Of a DNA stretch of 64,000 bases, positions 20,014 to 29,826 are shown one piece after another. A model generated the notes under the pieces. It saw only the letters and a list, made by a program, of their open reading frames with translations, ran no database searches and had not been told where the DNA came from. A program made the translations under genes and the position numbers. Within the stretch, counting starts at the first letter, position 1. Each line of letters starts with the position of its first letter. Where the stretch lies: positions 62,001 through 126,000 of the forward strand of contig MEQL01000047.1 of assembly GCA_001770205.1 (NCBI GenBank), read 5' to 3'. The stretch is from Bdellovibrionales bacterium RIFOXYD12_FULL_39_22 (GTDB lineage: Bacteria; Bdellovibrionota; Bacteriovoracia; Bacteriovoracales; Bacteriovoracaceae).

Positions 20014-21300
20014 TTAAGCAATCTTCAGTTGTTTGTTATTAACATTGTTCTGAGGTTGTTCGGCCCCATAGAGGCCCATCACTTTGGCAATGTCATCAAG
20101 TTCCGTGTAATAAAACGCCTGCAAAGCAGCAAAGATTAATCCTTTGCGTCCCACCCCCAGAATAATATTTCTAACGGCCATCGCATCATGATCGCTTAAC
20201 GCTCCCGAATCATTGTGGGCCAAAACGCCTCTGACTTCAAGAATTTTATTTTCTTCCAAGGCCGGTGACAATTCCATTGTCATGAAGCGGATAAATGGTT
20301 TATGGCCATTGAATACTTTGCGAAAACAGAAATTTTTATGTTCATTACATTTGCGCACAAAATAGATCAACTGGCCAATTGAGTAATTTTTATTAAATTG
20401 AGAAACAGTAATTAAATCAGCGCTGGTTCTATCCATAAAAAGTTTAGGAGGCATAGTGTGGGGATTAACAAAAAACTGATCCCCAAAACCCGCACGTTTA
20501 ATACTGTGGATAACTAAATCGTTTAAAACAATTTCAAGCGCCTTTATATAGGAAAAAGCAATCTTGCTATTGTTATGATGACGATACTCCAGCATGTCTA
20601 TTTCCGCAGACTCAATTTCATTCCTGGCGGCATGAGGAATTTTGGCATAAACATTTTCCGGAAAACAAAAAGCATGAAGACTTTTTAAGACAGTGGCAAT
20701 GGCAGTATTATCAATGGCGGGATTAGGCCGCAAAACTAAATGTGAATATTCCTTGTCATCATTTTCATCAAAAAACATCTCCTCGGCCAAATCTTGTACA
20801 AAGGCCGGATATTTTATTCCGGTGGTGAATGGAGATAATTCATCGATTTGTAGATCCATATACTCATTGTCGATATAAAGCTCTGCCAACTTATTAGCCG
20901 TATTTTCCGCAAAGCACTCTAGTAATGTAAAATCAGTCAACTTAAACCATACCTCTACATTTTTATCTTTATAAAACTCCAATGTTTTAAAATCACTTCC
21001 AATCGATCGATGTACCGATTCTACTTTTCCCACCCAAATATTGTTAAAATCAGTTATGTACAGATGGGTGCTATTTCCTTTTTCTCTATTGGCAACTATA
21101 ACCTTTTCAAAATTATCTAACTGTAAATTAGATTTGCGATTTTTGTTGATAATTTTTCCCCAGTAGGCGTATCCATCTTTGTTGTTTCGCACTTCTTGTA
21201 GAAGATAGTCAAAAAATTCATGGGCCTGGGTATAGGCCTGATCGCCCTTAACATTTAGATGGGGATTAAAGGTTAGATAGAAATGAACAGTTGTTGACAT
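20014..21300 (-). CDS. HP0729-family-like protein with C-terminal HEPN-type Rx4H motif
   Basis: GGAG before ATG 21300; FNP, WGKI, LYITD, YPAFV, AEIDM, YIKALE, RGVLAH, RNIILG match the remembered motif order of the HP0729 family. Confidence 0.6.
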   Translation of the reverse strand: MSTTVHFYLTFNPHLNVKGDQAYTQAHEFFDYLLQEVRNNKDGYAYWGKIINKNRKSNLQLDNFEKVIVANREKGNSTHLYITDFNNIWVGKVESVHRSIGSDFKTLEFYKDKNVEVWFKLTDFTLLECFAENTANKLAELYIDNEYMDLQIDELSPFTTGIKYPAFVQDLAEEMFFDENDDKEYSHLVLRPNPAIDNTAIATVLKSLHAFCFPENVYAKIPHAARNEIESAEIDMLEYRHHNNSKIAFSYIKALEIVLNDLVIHSIKRAGFGDQFFVNPHTMPPKLFMDRTSADLITVSQFNKNYSIGQLIYFVRKCNEHKNFCFRKVFNGHKPFIRFMTMELSPALEENKILEVRGVLAHNDSGALSDHDAMAVRNIILGVGRKGLIFAALQAFYYTELDDIAKVMGLYGAEQPQNNVNNKQLKIA

Positions 21301-21344
21301 ATTTTCTCCGATATGGTCTCCCCAAATATGGGACACTCTCTGGC

Positions 21345-21371
21345 CTATCGGTCTTTTCACTCATGACTTAA
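21345..21371 (-). promoter_or_regulatory. Putative sigma28 (FliA) promoter
   Basis: Minus strand TTAA, 15 nt spacer, ACCGATAG; consensus is TAAA-N15-GCCGATAA. Confidence 0.6.
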
Positions 21372-21440
21372 GTCTACATCCATGTTAAAGGATAGATAAT
21401 CCGAATGAATCTGTCGGGCACTGTTCCTCGTAGGAGTTCT

Positions 21441-22181
21441 ATGCTGTTAATTGTACGCGCAATTGCTATTTCGCTATATATGGCGATTATTTCTATTCCC
21501 GTAATTATCATCTCTTTTTTTGTCCCTTTTAGGCCTATTAACAACTGGATATACGCCAAACTCTTTGCTGTTGCCTCTACCAAAATTCTGGGACTGCACT
21601 TTATTATTGAAGGAGAAGAGCATCTCCAATGTAAAACCTCTTCGATTCTCATCTCTAATCATCAAGAAAATTTAGACATTGTGGCCTTGGCACAAATTGT
21701 TCCGCGCAACTTTATTACACTGGGAAAGCAGAGTCTCTTCTTTTTGCCACTCTTTGGACTGTATTACTGGCTATCCGGAAATATCCTAATCAATCGCTCC
21801 AATCGCACAAAGGCCATTCAAGCAATGAATCACATTCGTGACAGTTTAAAAAATAAGTACCTCTCAATTTTTATTTTCCCCGAGGGAACACGAAATCATG
21901 GTAAGGGAATGGGCCCATTTAAAAAAGGGGCTTTTCACACTGCTATAGACGCTCAGGTTCCTATCATCCCTATCTGCCTAAGCTCTCATCATAAAAATTT
22001 ACGCCTGGGTGCCTGGCGGACCGGAACCATTATCATAAAAATATTATCTCCTATCTACACCGCCGGAATGGCCAAAGACGATTTATCTTCTTTAATGGAA
22101 AACACAAGAAAGCTTATGATTGAAACAATTGATGACCTTGATCAACGCCTCTCTCAACAGTCAAAAAATGGCCCAATATGA
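21441..22181 (+). CDS. plsC: 1-acyl-sn-glycerol-3-phosphate acyltransferase
   Basis: NHQENLD (HX4D), INR, FPEGTR, FKKGAF; AGGAG RBS. Confidence 0.92.
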   Translation: MLLIVRAIAISLYMAIISIPVIIISFFVPFRPINNWIYAKLFAVASTKILGLHFIIEGEEHLQCKTSSILISNHQENLDIVALAQIVPRNFITLGKQSLFFLPLFGLYYWLSGNILINRSNRTKAIQAMNHIRDSLKNKYLSIFIFPEGTRNHGKGMGPFKKGAFHTAIDAQVPIIPICLSSHHKNLRLGAWRTGTIIIKILSPIYTAGMAKDDLSSLMENTRKLMIETIDDLDQRLSQQSKNGPI

Positions 22182-22287
22182 TCGACAATAAAAAATCTAT
22201 CTTGACCATAAACATTCTTATGACATAAGATTTCCCCCCTAACTTTTAATATGTCCTATCTTTTATAACTCTTACCAAGGAAACGAT

Positions 22288-23151
22288 ATGAATGAAATTA
22301 AGATTATTGGTGTTATCGGAGCTGGCCAGATGGGCCGCGGCATTGCCCAAGTAGCGGCGTCTAGCGATTATCAAGTGGTTTTATTCGATGCCTTTGAGGC
22401 CTCTCTCAAAAAGGGATTTGATTTTATCAAATCACAGTTAGATAAGGGGGCGGAGAAGGGTAAATGGAGTGCTGATTTTGCCAAAGCGGCATTGGCGAGA
22501 ATAAAAACGGTAAATAGTCTAACAGAGTTTAAAGATTGTGACCTTATTGTAGAAGCGGCCACTGAAAATAAAGTTATCAAATTTGATATTTTTAAAAAGA
22601 TCGATGAAGTGGCAAAACCTTCGGCCATCTTGGCCTCAAACACTTCTTCGATTTCTATCACTGAAATTGCCGCGACGACCAAGCGTCCATCCAAAGTAGT
22701 CGGCATGCATTTTATGAATCCAGTTCCCGTAATGAAGTTAATCGAAGGCATCAGTGGATTAGAAACTAGTGACGAGACTTTTTCCGCAGTAGCGGCAGTG
22801 GCAAAAAAAATGGGCAAAACTTTTATTAAGGCATCTGACATGCCTGGCTTTGCCGTAAATCGTATTCTTATGCCTTATATCAATGAAGCAGTCTATACTC
22901 TCCACGAAGGAATTGCTTCGGTAGCAGACATTGATGAAGCGATGAAGTTGGGAACTAATGTCCCCATGGGGCCACTTACTTTGGCCGACTTTATTGGACT
23001 AGACACCTGTTTAGCGATCATGAACGTATTGCATGAAGGACTCGGAGATACCAAATATCGTCCATGCCCACTGCTACGCAACTATGTTAATGCGGGGAGA
23101 TTGGGTAAAAAGTCAGGAAGAGGCTTTTACGATTACTCATCACAACAATAA
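22288..23151 (+). CDS. hbd: 3-hydroxybutyryl-CoA dehydrogenase
   Basis: GAGQMG, EAATE, ASNTSS, GMHFMNP, GFAVNR, PMGPLTLADFIGLD. Confidence 0.93.
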   Translation: MNEIKIIGVIGAGQMGRGIAQVAASSDYQVVLFDAFEASLKKGFDFIKSQLDKGAEKGKWSADFAKAALARIKTVNSLTEFKDCDLIVEAATENKVIKFDIFKKIDEVAKPSAILASNTSSISITEIAATTKRPSKVVGMHFMNPVPVMKLIEGISGLETSDETFSAVAAVAKKMGKTFIKASDMPGFAVNRILMPYINEAVYTLHEGIASVADIDEAMKLGTNVPMGPLTLADFIGLDTCLAIMNVLHEGLGDTKYRPCPLLRNYVNAGRLGKKSGRGFYDYSSQQ

Positions 23152-23157
23152 AAAAAC

Positions 23158-23197
23158 AACTACAGAACTACAGAACTACAGAACTACAGAACTACAG
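23158..23197. repeat. Intergenic 8-bp tandem repeat (AACTACAG)x5
   Basis: Five perfect copies between the hbd stop and the prpD RBS. Confidence 0.95.
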
Positions 23198-23217
23198 AAA
23201 AGATAAAGGGAATTTGC

Positions 23218-24726
23218 ATGAAAAATCATCTAGTCAGAGTCTATCCTTCGAAAGAACATCTCCCCAAAGAAGAGCAACTAGCTTATAAAATTGCCGCCAT
23301 GGCCGCAGATAAAACAAAAACAGATCCAGCAGTAGCGGAGATGATTATTAATCGCCTCATTGATAACGCATCAGTGGCCATTGCCGCCATTAACCGTGGG
23401 CCTGTTTCCAATGCTCGCTCTCAAGCATTAGCACATCCTACCGAAAACGGCGCAAATTTATTCGGCATGCCTAACGATAAAACCTACTCTCCCGAATGGG
23501 CGGCCTGGGCCAACGGTACGGCCGTTCGTGAGCTAGATTTTCATGATACTTTTTTGGCCGCAGATTACTCTCACCCTGGAGATAATATCCCACCACTGCT
23601 AGCAGTGGCCGAAAGAAAAAAATGTTCCGGCGAAGATCTGATTCGAGGAATTGCTGTGGCCTATGAAACTCAGGTTAATTTAGTGAAGGCGATCTGCCTG
23701 CACAAGCATAAAAAAGATCATGTCGCGCACCTTGGAGTATCGGTGGCCGCCGGAATTGGGGCGATGTTAAATCTTGATACCGAGACCATCTATCAGTCCA
23801 TTAATCAAGCACTACATGTCACCGTTGCCACCCGCCAATCACGCAAGGGTGAAATCTCCAGTTGGAAAGCTTATGCTCCGGCCTTTGCCGGGAAAATGGC
23901 CATCGAGGCCGTCGATCGAGCTATGAGGGGAGAAAAAGCTCCTTCCCCTATATATGAGGGAGAAGATTCCGTCATCGCTTGGATGCTAGATGGGCCACGG
24001 GCACAATATAACGTTACTCTCCCCGAAAAAGGTGAGGCCAAACGGGCCATTTTAGAAACCTATACCAAAGAACATTCTGCGGAGTATCAGTCTCAGGCAA
24101 TTATCGATTTGGCCTTTAAAATGCGCCGGGGCATTAAAAACTGGGAAGATGTGAAATCAATTGTTCTACACACCAGTCATCATACCCACTATGTAATTGG
24201 AACTGGTGCTAATGATCCTCAAAAAATGGACCCTAATGCTTCTCGCGAAACCTTAGATCACTCCATCATGTATATTTTTGCAGTGGCCTTGCAAGATGGT
24301 GAATGGCACCATGTGAAAAGTTATGCCCCCGAACGTGCTAAACGGCCAGACACTGTGGCATTATGGCATAAAATTTCTACCATAGAAGATCCTGAGTGGA
24401 CCAAGCGTTATCATGAGACTGACGCCAAGAAAAAGGCCTTTGGTGGGCGCGCCGAAATCACCTTAAAAGATGGAAGCAAAATCGTTGATGAGTTGGCCAT
24501 GGCCAACGCTCATTCACTCGGCGCAACTCCTTTTAAACGTGACGACTATATTCGTAAATTCAAAATTTTAACGGAAGGAATAATTAAAACATCTGAGGTT
24601 GAGCGCTTTATTAATACTGTCACCAAACTACAATCACTGTCTGGTAACGATCTGCTCAATCTCAATGTCCAATTAGAGAAATCAACACTTACCCGCAACG
24701 AACGTGATAGCAGAGGAATTTTCTAA
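23218..24726 (+). CDS. prpD: 2-methylcitrate dehydratase (MmgE/PrpD)
   Basis: [42 protein letters not shown]. Confidence 0.93.
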   Translation: MKNHLVRVYPSKEHLPKEEQLAYKIAAMAADKTKTDPAVAEMIINRLIDNASVAIAAINRGPVSNARSQALAHPTENGANLFGMPNDKTYSPEWAAWANGTAVRELDFHDTFLAADYSHPGDNIPPLLAVAERKKCSGEDLIRGIAVAYETQVNLVKAICLHKHKKDHVAHLGVSVAAGIGAMLNLDTETIYQSINQALHVTVATRQSRKGEISSWKAYAPAFAGKMAIEAVDRAMRGEKAPSPIYEGEDSVIAWMLDGPRAQYNVTLPEKGEAKRAILETYTKEHSAEYQSQAIIDLAFKMRRGIKNWEDVKSIVLHTSHHTHYVIGTGANDPQKMDPNASRETLDHSIMYIFAVALQDGEWHHVKSYAPERAKRPDTVALWHKISTIEDPEWTKRYHETDAKKKAFGGRAEITLKDGSKIVDELAMANAHSLGATPFKRDDYIRKFKILTEGIIKTSEVERFINTVTKLQSLSGNDLLNLNVQLEKSTLTRNERDSRGIF

Positions 24727-25619
24727 TGTTGTTTAATAAAAAAAATGGCCTAGAGAAACGAGCTGACTTACGAGCAAAACTAAAATCTGGCAAACTTTTG
24801 CGCTTTCCAGGATCATATTCTCCCCTTGTTTCTATGCTAATTGAACAAAAAGGCTTTGATGGAATCTATATTTCGGGAGCAGTCTTGGCCAACGATCTGG
24901 GCCTGCCCGATATCGGGATGACCACGCTTACAGAAGTTGCCGGCCGAGGACGACAAATTGCAAGGACTTCTGATCTTCCAAGCATTATCGACATCGATAC
25001 AGGCTTTGGCGAACCAATGAGTGTAGTGCGAACCATTATGGAATTAGAAGAGCAAGGATTGGCCGGCTGCCACTTAGAAGATCAAATTAATCCAAAACGT
25101 TGTGGACACCTTGATGGAAAGCAATTGGTTGATCGCAATTCCATGTGCAAAAAAATTAAAGCTGCGGTATCTGCTAAACGTGATCAAAATTTTTTACTAA
25201 TTGCTCGCACGGATGCTCGTGCCTCTGAGGGATTGGAAGCGGCCATTGAGCGCGCCCGGGCATATGTGGACGCCGGAGCAGATATGATCTTTCCCGAGGC
25301 CATGCAAAATGAATCTGATTTTGCGGCATTTCGCAAAGCAATCAAGGTTCCCCTCTTGGCCAATATGACCGAATTTGGGAAATCTGATCTACTCGACTAT
25401 AATGCCCTGGAAAACTTGGGCTACAACATCGTCATTTATCCAGTAACCACTGTTCGCCTGGCCATGAAAGCGGTAGAGGATGGACTAGATCACCTGCTTG
25501 CACACGGCTCACAGAAAGATATTTTATCAAAAATGCAACACCGTAAAAGACTCTACGAAATATTGCACTACGAAGATTATAATCAATTTGATTTAAACAT
25601 CTTCAATTTTAAAATTTAA
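24726..25619 (+). CDS. prpB: 2-methylisocitrate lyase
   Basis: GLPDIG, DIDTGFG, EDQINPKRCGHL, ARTDA, ANMTEFGK. Confidence 0.95.
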   Translation: MLFNKKNGLEKRADLRAKLKSGKLLRFPGSYSPLVSMLIEQKGFDGIYISGAVLANDLGLPDIGMTTLTEVAGRGRQIARTSDLPSIIDIDTGFGEPMSVVRTIMELEEQGLAGCHLEDQINPKRCGHLDGKQLVDRNSMCKKIKAAVSAKRDQNFLLIARTDARASEGLEAAIERARAYVDAGADMIFPEAMQNESDFAAFRKAIKVPLLANMTEFGKSDLLDYNALENLGYNIVIYPVTTVRLAMKAVEDGLDHLLAHGSQKDILSKMQHRKRLYEILHYEDYNQFDLNIFNFKI

Positions 25620-25660
25620 TAATAACTACACGCTTCAACCGTTAACACAGGAGAAAAGAG

Positions 25661-26806
25661 ATGACTGAATTTGTTGATTACGAAAAATTTAAGGCAAAAA
25701 AAGGACTTGAGGGAATTATTGCAGGAGAATCTGCAGTCTCTAAAGTATTCCCCGATATCAATGCGCTGGTTTATCGCGGCTATCCAGTACAAGATCTTGC
25801 TGAAAATTGTAGCTTTGAAGAGGTCGCATATCTCATTTGGCATGGCGAATTACCCAACAAGGCCCAACTAAAAGAATTCGAAGCGCAAGAGCGTGAGTAT
25901 CGTCCCCTTTCTAAAGATTTAATTGAAGTAATAAAAAAATTTCCTAAAGGTGCTCACCCCATGGATTATATCCGCACTGGAGTTAGTTTTTTAGGAATGG
26001 AAGATAAGCGCATTTGGGAAACCGATACTAAAACCAATCTGGACAAATCCATGAAAGTCTTTGCGGCCGCCCCGACTATCGTTGCCGCCGCTTATCGCCA
26101 TCAAAAGGGACTAGAAATTATTGCTCCGAAGAAAGAATTAAATTATTGTGAGAATTTTTTCCATATGTGTTTTGGCAAAGTTCCTCCCAAGGAAGTAGTT
26201 AAGGCCTTCGATGTCTCTATGACTTTATATGCAGAGCACGGCTTTAACGCATCTACTTTCACGGGCAGAGTGATTACCTCCACTATGTCGGATCTATACT
26301 CCGCAGTTACCGGCGCAATTGGTTCCCTTAAAGGCCCACTCCATGGAGGCGCTAATGAACAGGTAATGCATGTATTGCAAGAGGTTGGCGAACCAGAAAA
26401 AGCACGTGAGTGGATGTTAAATGCTATTAAAACCAAGCGCAAAGTTATGGGGTTTGGCCATCGAGTATACAAGCGCGGTGACTCGCGAGTTCCCACTATG
26501 AAAAAATATGCTGCCGGCCTAGGTAAGTTTAAAGGTGAGGAAAAGTGGCAACAAATTTCTGACATCTTAGAAAGAACAATGATTGATGAGAAAAACATCC
26601 ATCCCAATCTCGATTTTCCATCTGGCCCAGCTTACTATTTGATGGGATTTGATATTGATATGTTTACTCCAATATTTGTTATGTCACGTATCACTGGTTG
26701 GACTGCACACATTATCGAACAGGCCAATGACAATAGAATTTTTCGCCCTCTTTCAGATTACACAGGAAAACTAGAGCGCCACGTCTCTCCCATCGAGAAG
26801 AGATAG
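25661..26806 (+). CDS. prpC: 2-methylcitrate synthase / citrate synthase
   Basis: YAEHGFNASTF, GPLHGGANE, GFGHRVY, PNLDF; adjacent to prpDB. Confidence 0.9.
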   Translation: MTEFVDYEKFKAKKGLEGIIAGESAVSKVFPDINALVYRGYPVQDLAENCSFEEVAYLIWHGELPNKAQLKEFEAQEREYRPLSKDLIEVIKKFPKGAHPMDYIRTGVSFLGMEDKRIWETDTKTNLDKSMKVFAAAPTIVAAAYRHQKGLEIIAPKKELNYCENFFHMCFGKVPPKEVVKAFDVSMTLYAEHGFNASTFTGRVITSTMSDLYSAVTGAIGSLKGPLHGGANEQVMHVLQEVGEPEKAREWMLNAIKTKRKVMGFGHRVYKRGDSRVPTMKKYAAGLGKFKGEEKWQQISDILERTMIDEKNIHPNLDFPSGPAYYLMGFDIDMFTPIFVMSRITGWTAHIIEQANDNRIFRPLSDYTGKLERHVSPIEKR

Positions 26807-26837
26807 TTAAAAAAGTATCTACTCTATAATTTCTATC

Positions 26838-26887
26838 TATTGGCCAGAAACGGATTAACAAACTATTTCTGGCCAATATCTTTTCTT
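26838..26887 (+). terminator. Putative intrinsic terminator after prpC
   Basis: 13-bp inverted repeat TATTGGCCAGAAA/TTTCTGGCCAATA followed by TCTTTTCTT. Confidence 0.6.
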
Positions 26888-26951
26888 AAGCTAAAATTAA
26901 AACATTCTTCACGTTGATCTAACCGCGCCACCACGCTTATAATGATCTCCT

Positions 26952-28073
26952 ATGAAAAAAAATAAATTTACCTTCATGTCAGTGGCAAACTTTTTAATTG
27001 CCTTTATTATTTTAATTCTCTCGGCCTTGGCCATCTACATCTTAAGACATGAGATGAGAGAACACTTTCTAGAAGCGGCACAGGAAAAAGCAAAGATTAT
27101 TCTTGATCGCAATATGGCCACTCATGCTTTCTATAGCAAAAAATTAAAACCTGCGATTTTCAAACTAACTGATAAATATCGCTCCGCAGATTACTTCGAT
27201 CCAGTTTGGATGTCCTCCACTTACGCCATCCGAGAAATTGATCATGAATTCCAGATCATCAACGACTCTCAATATTATTATAAAGAAAGTGCTATTAATG
27301 CTCGCAGTCCTCACAATGAGGCCGATGAATTTGAAAAAGAGTTTATAACAAAAATAAATCATGATCCATCCATTAACCACCTCTCGCAAATTCGTAACAT
27401 TGATGGCAAAGATTTTTTTGTAACTTTGAGACGAGGGGAGATGATGGAAAAAAGCTGCCTTCGCTGTCACACCACTCCAGATCTGGTTCCCGCCGGACTA
27501 ATTGATGCTTATGGGCCAGAGCGAAGTTTCAAACGTCATGAGGGTGAGGTGGTCTCTGCCATCTCAATACGCATCCCCTTAACCGAGGCATTTCATTATG
27601 CGGACACTGTCTCCTTAAAATTATCTGCGTTAATTGTAGGTCTCCTATTGATCATCTTTGTTGCGCAATATTTCATCTACAATCATCTTATTGCGCAACC
27701 GATAAAACATATTCGTGCACATGCGCAGGCCATTGCCAATGATGAATTAAAAATTGGAGAGACTATTGCAGAACCAAGGGCCAAAGAACTCGCTGAATTT
27801 ACCCAGGCCTTTAACTTAATGTCTAAAAAATTAAAAGATAATTTTGATGGGTTGGAAACAAAGGTCAAAGAGCGAACTTCTGAGTTAGAACATTCTATGG
27901 CCGAAATTAAAACGTTAAAAGGAATTATTCCGATCTGTGCTTCTTGTAAAAAAATAAGAGACGACCAAGGCTACTGGAACCAACTAGAGAAATTTATCTC
28001 TCAAAACTCACATGCTCAATTTTCTCACGGCATATGTCCAGATTGTTATGCTAAGGCAATTAAAAAAATATAA
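26952..28073 (+). CDS. Membrane sensor: DUF3365 (Tll0287-like heme c) domain, HAMP and C-terminal Cys/His module
   Basis: TM, NARSPHNEADEFE, CLRCH, TM, HAMP (KELAEFTQAFNLM), IPICASCKKIRD...YW...SHGICPDC. Confidence 0.8.
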   Translation: MKKNKFTFMSVANFLIAFIILILSALAIYILRHEMREHFLEAAQEKAKIILDRNMATHAFYSKKLKPAIFKLTDKYRSADYFDPVWMSSTYAIREIDHEFQIINDSQYYYKESAINARSPHNEADEFEKEFITKINHDPSINHLSQIRNIDGKDFFVTLRRGEMMEKSCLRCHTTPDLVPAGLIDAYGPERSFKRHEGEVVSAISIRIPLTEAFHYADTVSLKLSALIVGLLLIIFVAQYFIYNHLIAQPIKHIRAHAQAIANDELKIGETIAEPRAKELAEFTQAFNLMSKKLKDNFDGLETKVKERTSELEHSMAEIKTLKGIIPICASCKKIRDDQGYWNQLEKFISQNSHAQFSHGICPDCYAKAIKKI

Positions 28074-28560
28074 ACTATCCGATAATTTATTGAGGACATG
28101 CAAATGAAAAAATTGGAGAGCTTGCTTCCCTTTATCGGAAAATTTTTTGCAATACGCAAACGGAGCGATTAAAACCGAATTGAACGATTACGGGAGCATT
28201 TTATGGGCCGGTTGTTGGCATATAAAAGAACTATCAGTTGTAAAATAAACAAACTGCCCGTCAACTGCTAACGTTTGAGACGGCATGTTTCTTGTTCCTG
28301 GATAACGATTGAAATCAAAGGTCTGAATACTATCTAGTTTTAAGTTTTTTCCAGGCTCTTATGAAAGATGATTACCTCTTATATTTTTCAAACAGTTGCC
28401 TGTCGCATAACGCCTATTTGGGCACACTCAATCCAAAGGGCCACTGCCAATATTTGTGGGCACCATTTTTTATCTGACTTTTCATCTTGATGGTTTGGCC
28501 AAGATGATGTTTAATTGCTCTTAGTTTTAGACATTAGCGTGGCCGAAAGGAGATGTTTGA

Positions 28561-28956
28561 TTGAACCAACAAAAAGATATTCGATCCAAGCAGCGCTTTG
28601 AAAATTTTAAAAAAGCAATTAAGCTCTACGAGGAGGCCATATCCACAAAAATGTCACGGTTAGAAGAAGAGGGACTTATTCAGCGTTTTGAATATACTTT
28701 TGAATTAGCTTGGAAATGTCTCCAAGATTTAATGCAGGAACGTGGTTATGCGGAAATTCGCGGCCCAAGGCCAGTTATTGAGCAATCATTTCAAGACGGA
28801 CTAATAACCGATGGCCCTCTATGGTTAGCTATGTTGCAAGCACGCAACGCCACTGTACATCTTTACGATGAAGCAACTTTTGTTGATGTTATAAAAAATG
28901 TTAAGGGTAAATTTTTCTCTGCACTTATAACATTTGGGAATAAATTTCCACAATGA
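28561..28956 (+). CDS. HI0074-family HEPN protein (nucleotidyltransferase substrate-binding / putative toxin)
   Basis: EGLIQRFEYTFELAWK, RNATVHLY (Rx4H); TTG start after AAAGGAG. Confidence 0.88.
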   Translation: MNQQKDIRSKQRFENFKKAIKLYEEAISTKMSRLEEEGLIQRFEYTFELAWKCLQDLMQERGYAEIRGPRPVIEQSFQDGLITDGPLWLAMLQARNATVHLYDEATFVDVIKNVKGKFFSALITFGNKFPQ

Positions 28957-29273
28957 GTAGTGATCATTTCGACATCGCCGGAATAGAAAAACAGTATACA
29001 AAAAAAATATTAGCACTTTTTAAAAATATGCCAGCAGGCACCTCTCTAATCCTATTTGGCTCTCGAGCGAAGGGCAACTATCGCGAGGGTTCTGACATCG
29101 ATCTTGCAATCAAGGGATCAGGGGTGACGCTAGACCAACGAACACAATGGTTGGCCGAATACGAAAACCTTTTTTTGCCGTGGAAGCTAGATCTAGTTAT
29201 TTATGAACTAACAGAGTCACAAAACCTAAAAGAGCATATTGATAGAGTCGGAAAACAATTATTACGTTGGTAA
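28953..29273 (+). CDS. Minimal nucleotidyltransferase (MNT, putative antitoxin)
   Basis: LFGSRAKGNYREGSDIDLAI (GSx10DxD); ATGA overlap with the HEPN gene. Confidence 0.9.
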   Translation: MSSDHFDIAGIEKQYTKKILALFKNMPAGTSLILFGSRAKGNYREGSDIDLAIKGSGVTLDQRTQWLAEYENLFLPWKLDLVIYELTESQNLKEHIDRVGKQLLRW

Positions 29274-29276
29274 TTC

Positions 29277-29306
29277 TTGAAAAATTGCGCCACAAGAGTA
29301 TATAAT
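29277..29306 (+). promoter_or_regulatory. Putative sigma70 promoter
   Basis: TTGAAA, 18 nt spacer, TATAAT. Confidence 0.5.
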
Positions 29307-29361
29307 GGCAAAAAACAGATTGAATTTTGCAACGATCCATCTTCTTTACAGAGGTTATAAA

Positions 29362-29811
29362 ATGAAATTGACTGCATTGCTTCTAACCACCATTATTTTA
29401 CTAACAACATCTTGCTCTCACATGACAATTGAGTACACGGCCGATGTTAAGGACAATTCCCAAAATTATATTGGTAAATATTCTCTAGAGACAACTCACT
29501 CTACAGGCGATTTACCCACCTGGTGTTGGATTACTGGAATCTTCTACGGTGGGGCCTGTTGGGCATATCTACTCATGCCACTTCCATCACAAAAAAATTC
29601 TATCCAGCGAAATGTTGACACTCGTCTAGATGCTCGTTTGGGGGTAGGAAACTATAATTTACAAAACATCATAATAACTCGCAGAGACTGGAATGCTACA
29701 TCAGATCGCGAACTATTCAATGGCACTATGCCGAACCAAAGTCCAGTAATTCCTATTAACAATCGCCCTGCAACAAACTCTCAACCTAGCACAGAAGGTT
29801 TTTTAAGATAA
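29362..29811 (+). CDS. Hypothetical lipoprotein
   Basis: GAGG then MKLTALLLTTIILLTTSC; internal CWITGIFYGGACW. Confidence 0.65.
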   Translation: MKLTALLLTTIILLTTSCSHMTIEYTADVKDNSQNYIGKYSLETTHSTGDLPTWCWITGIFYGGACWAYLLMPLPSQKNSIQRNVDTRLDARLGVGNYNLQNIIITRRDWNATSDRELFNGTMPNQSPVIPINNRPATNSQPSTEGFLR

Positions 29812-29826
29812 TTTTTTAGGAGGCGT

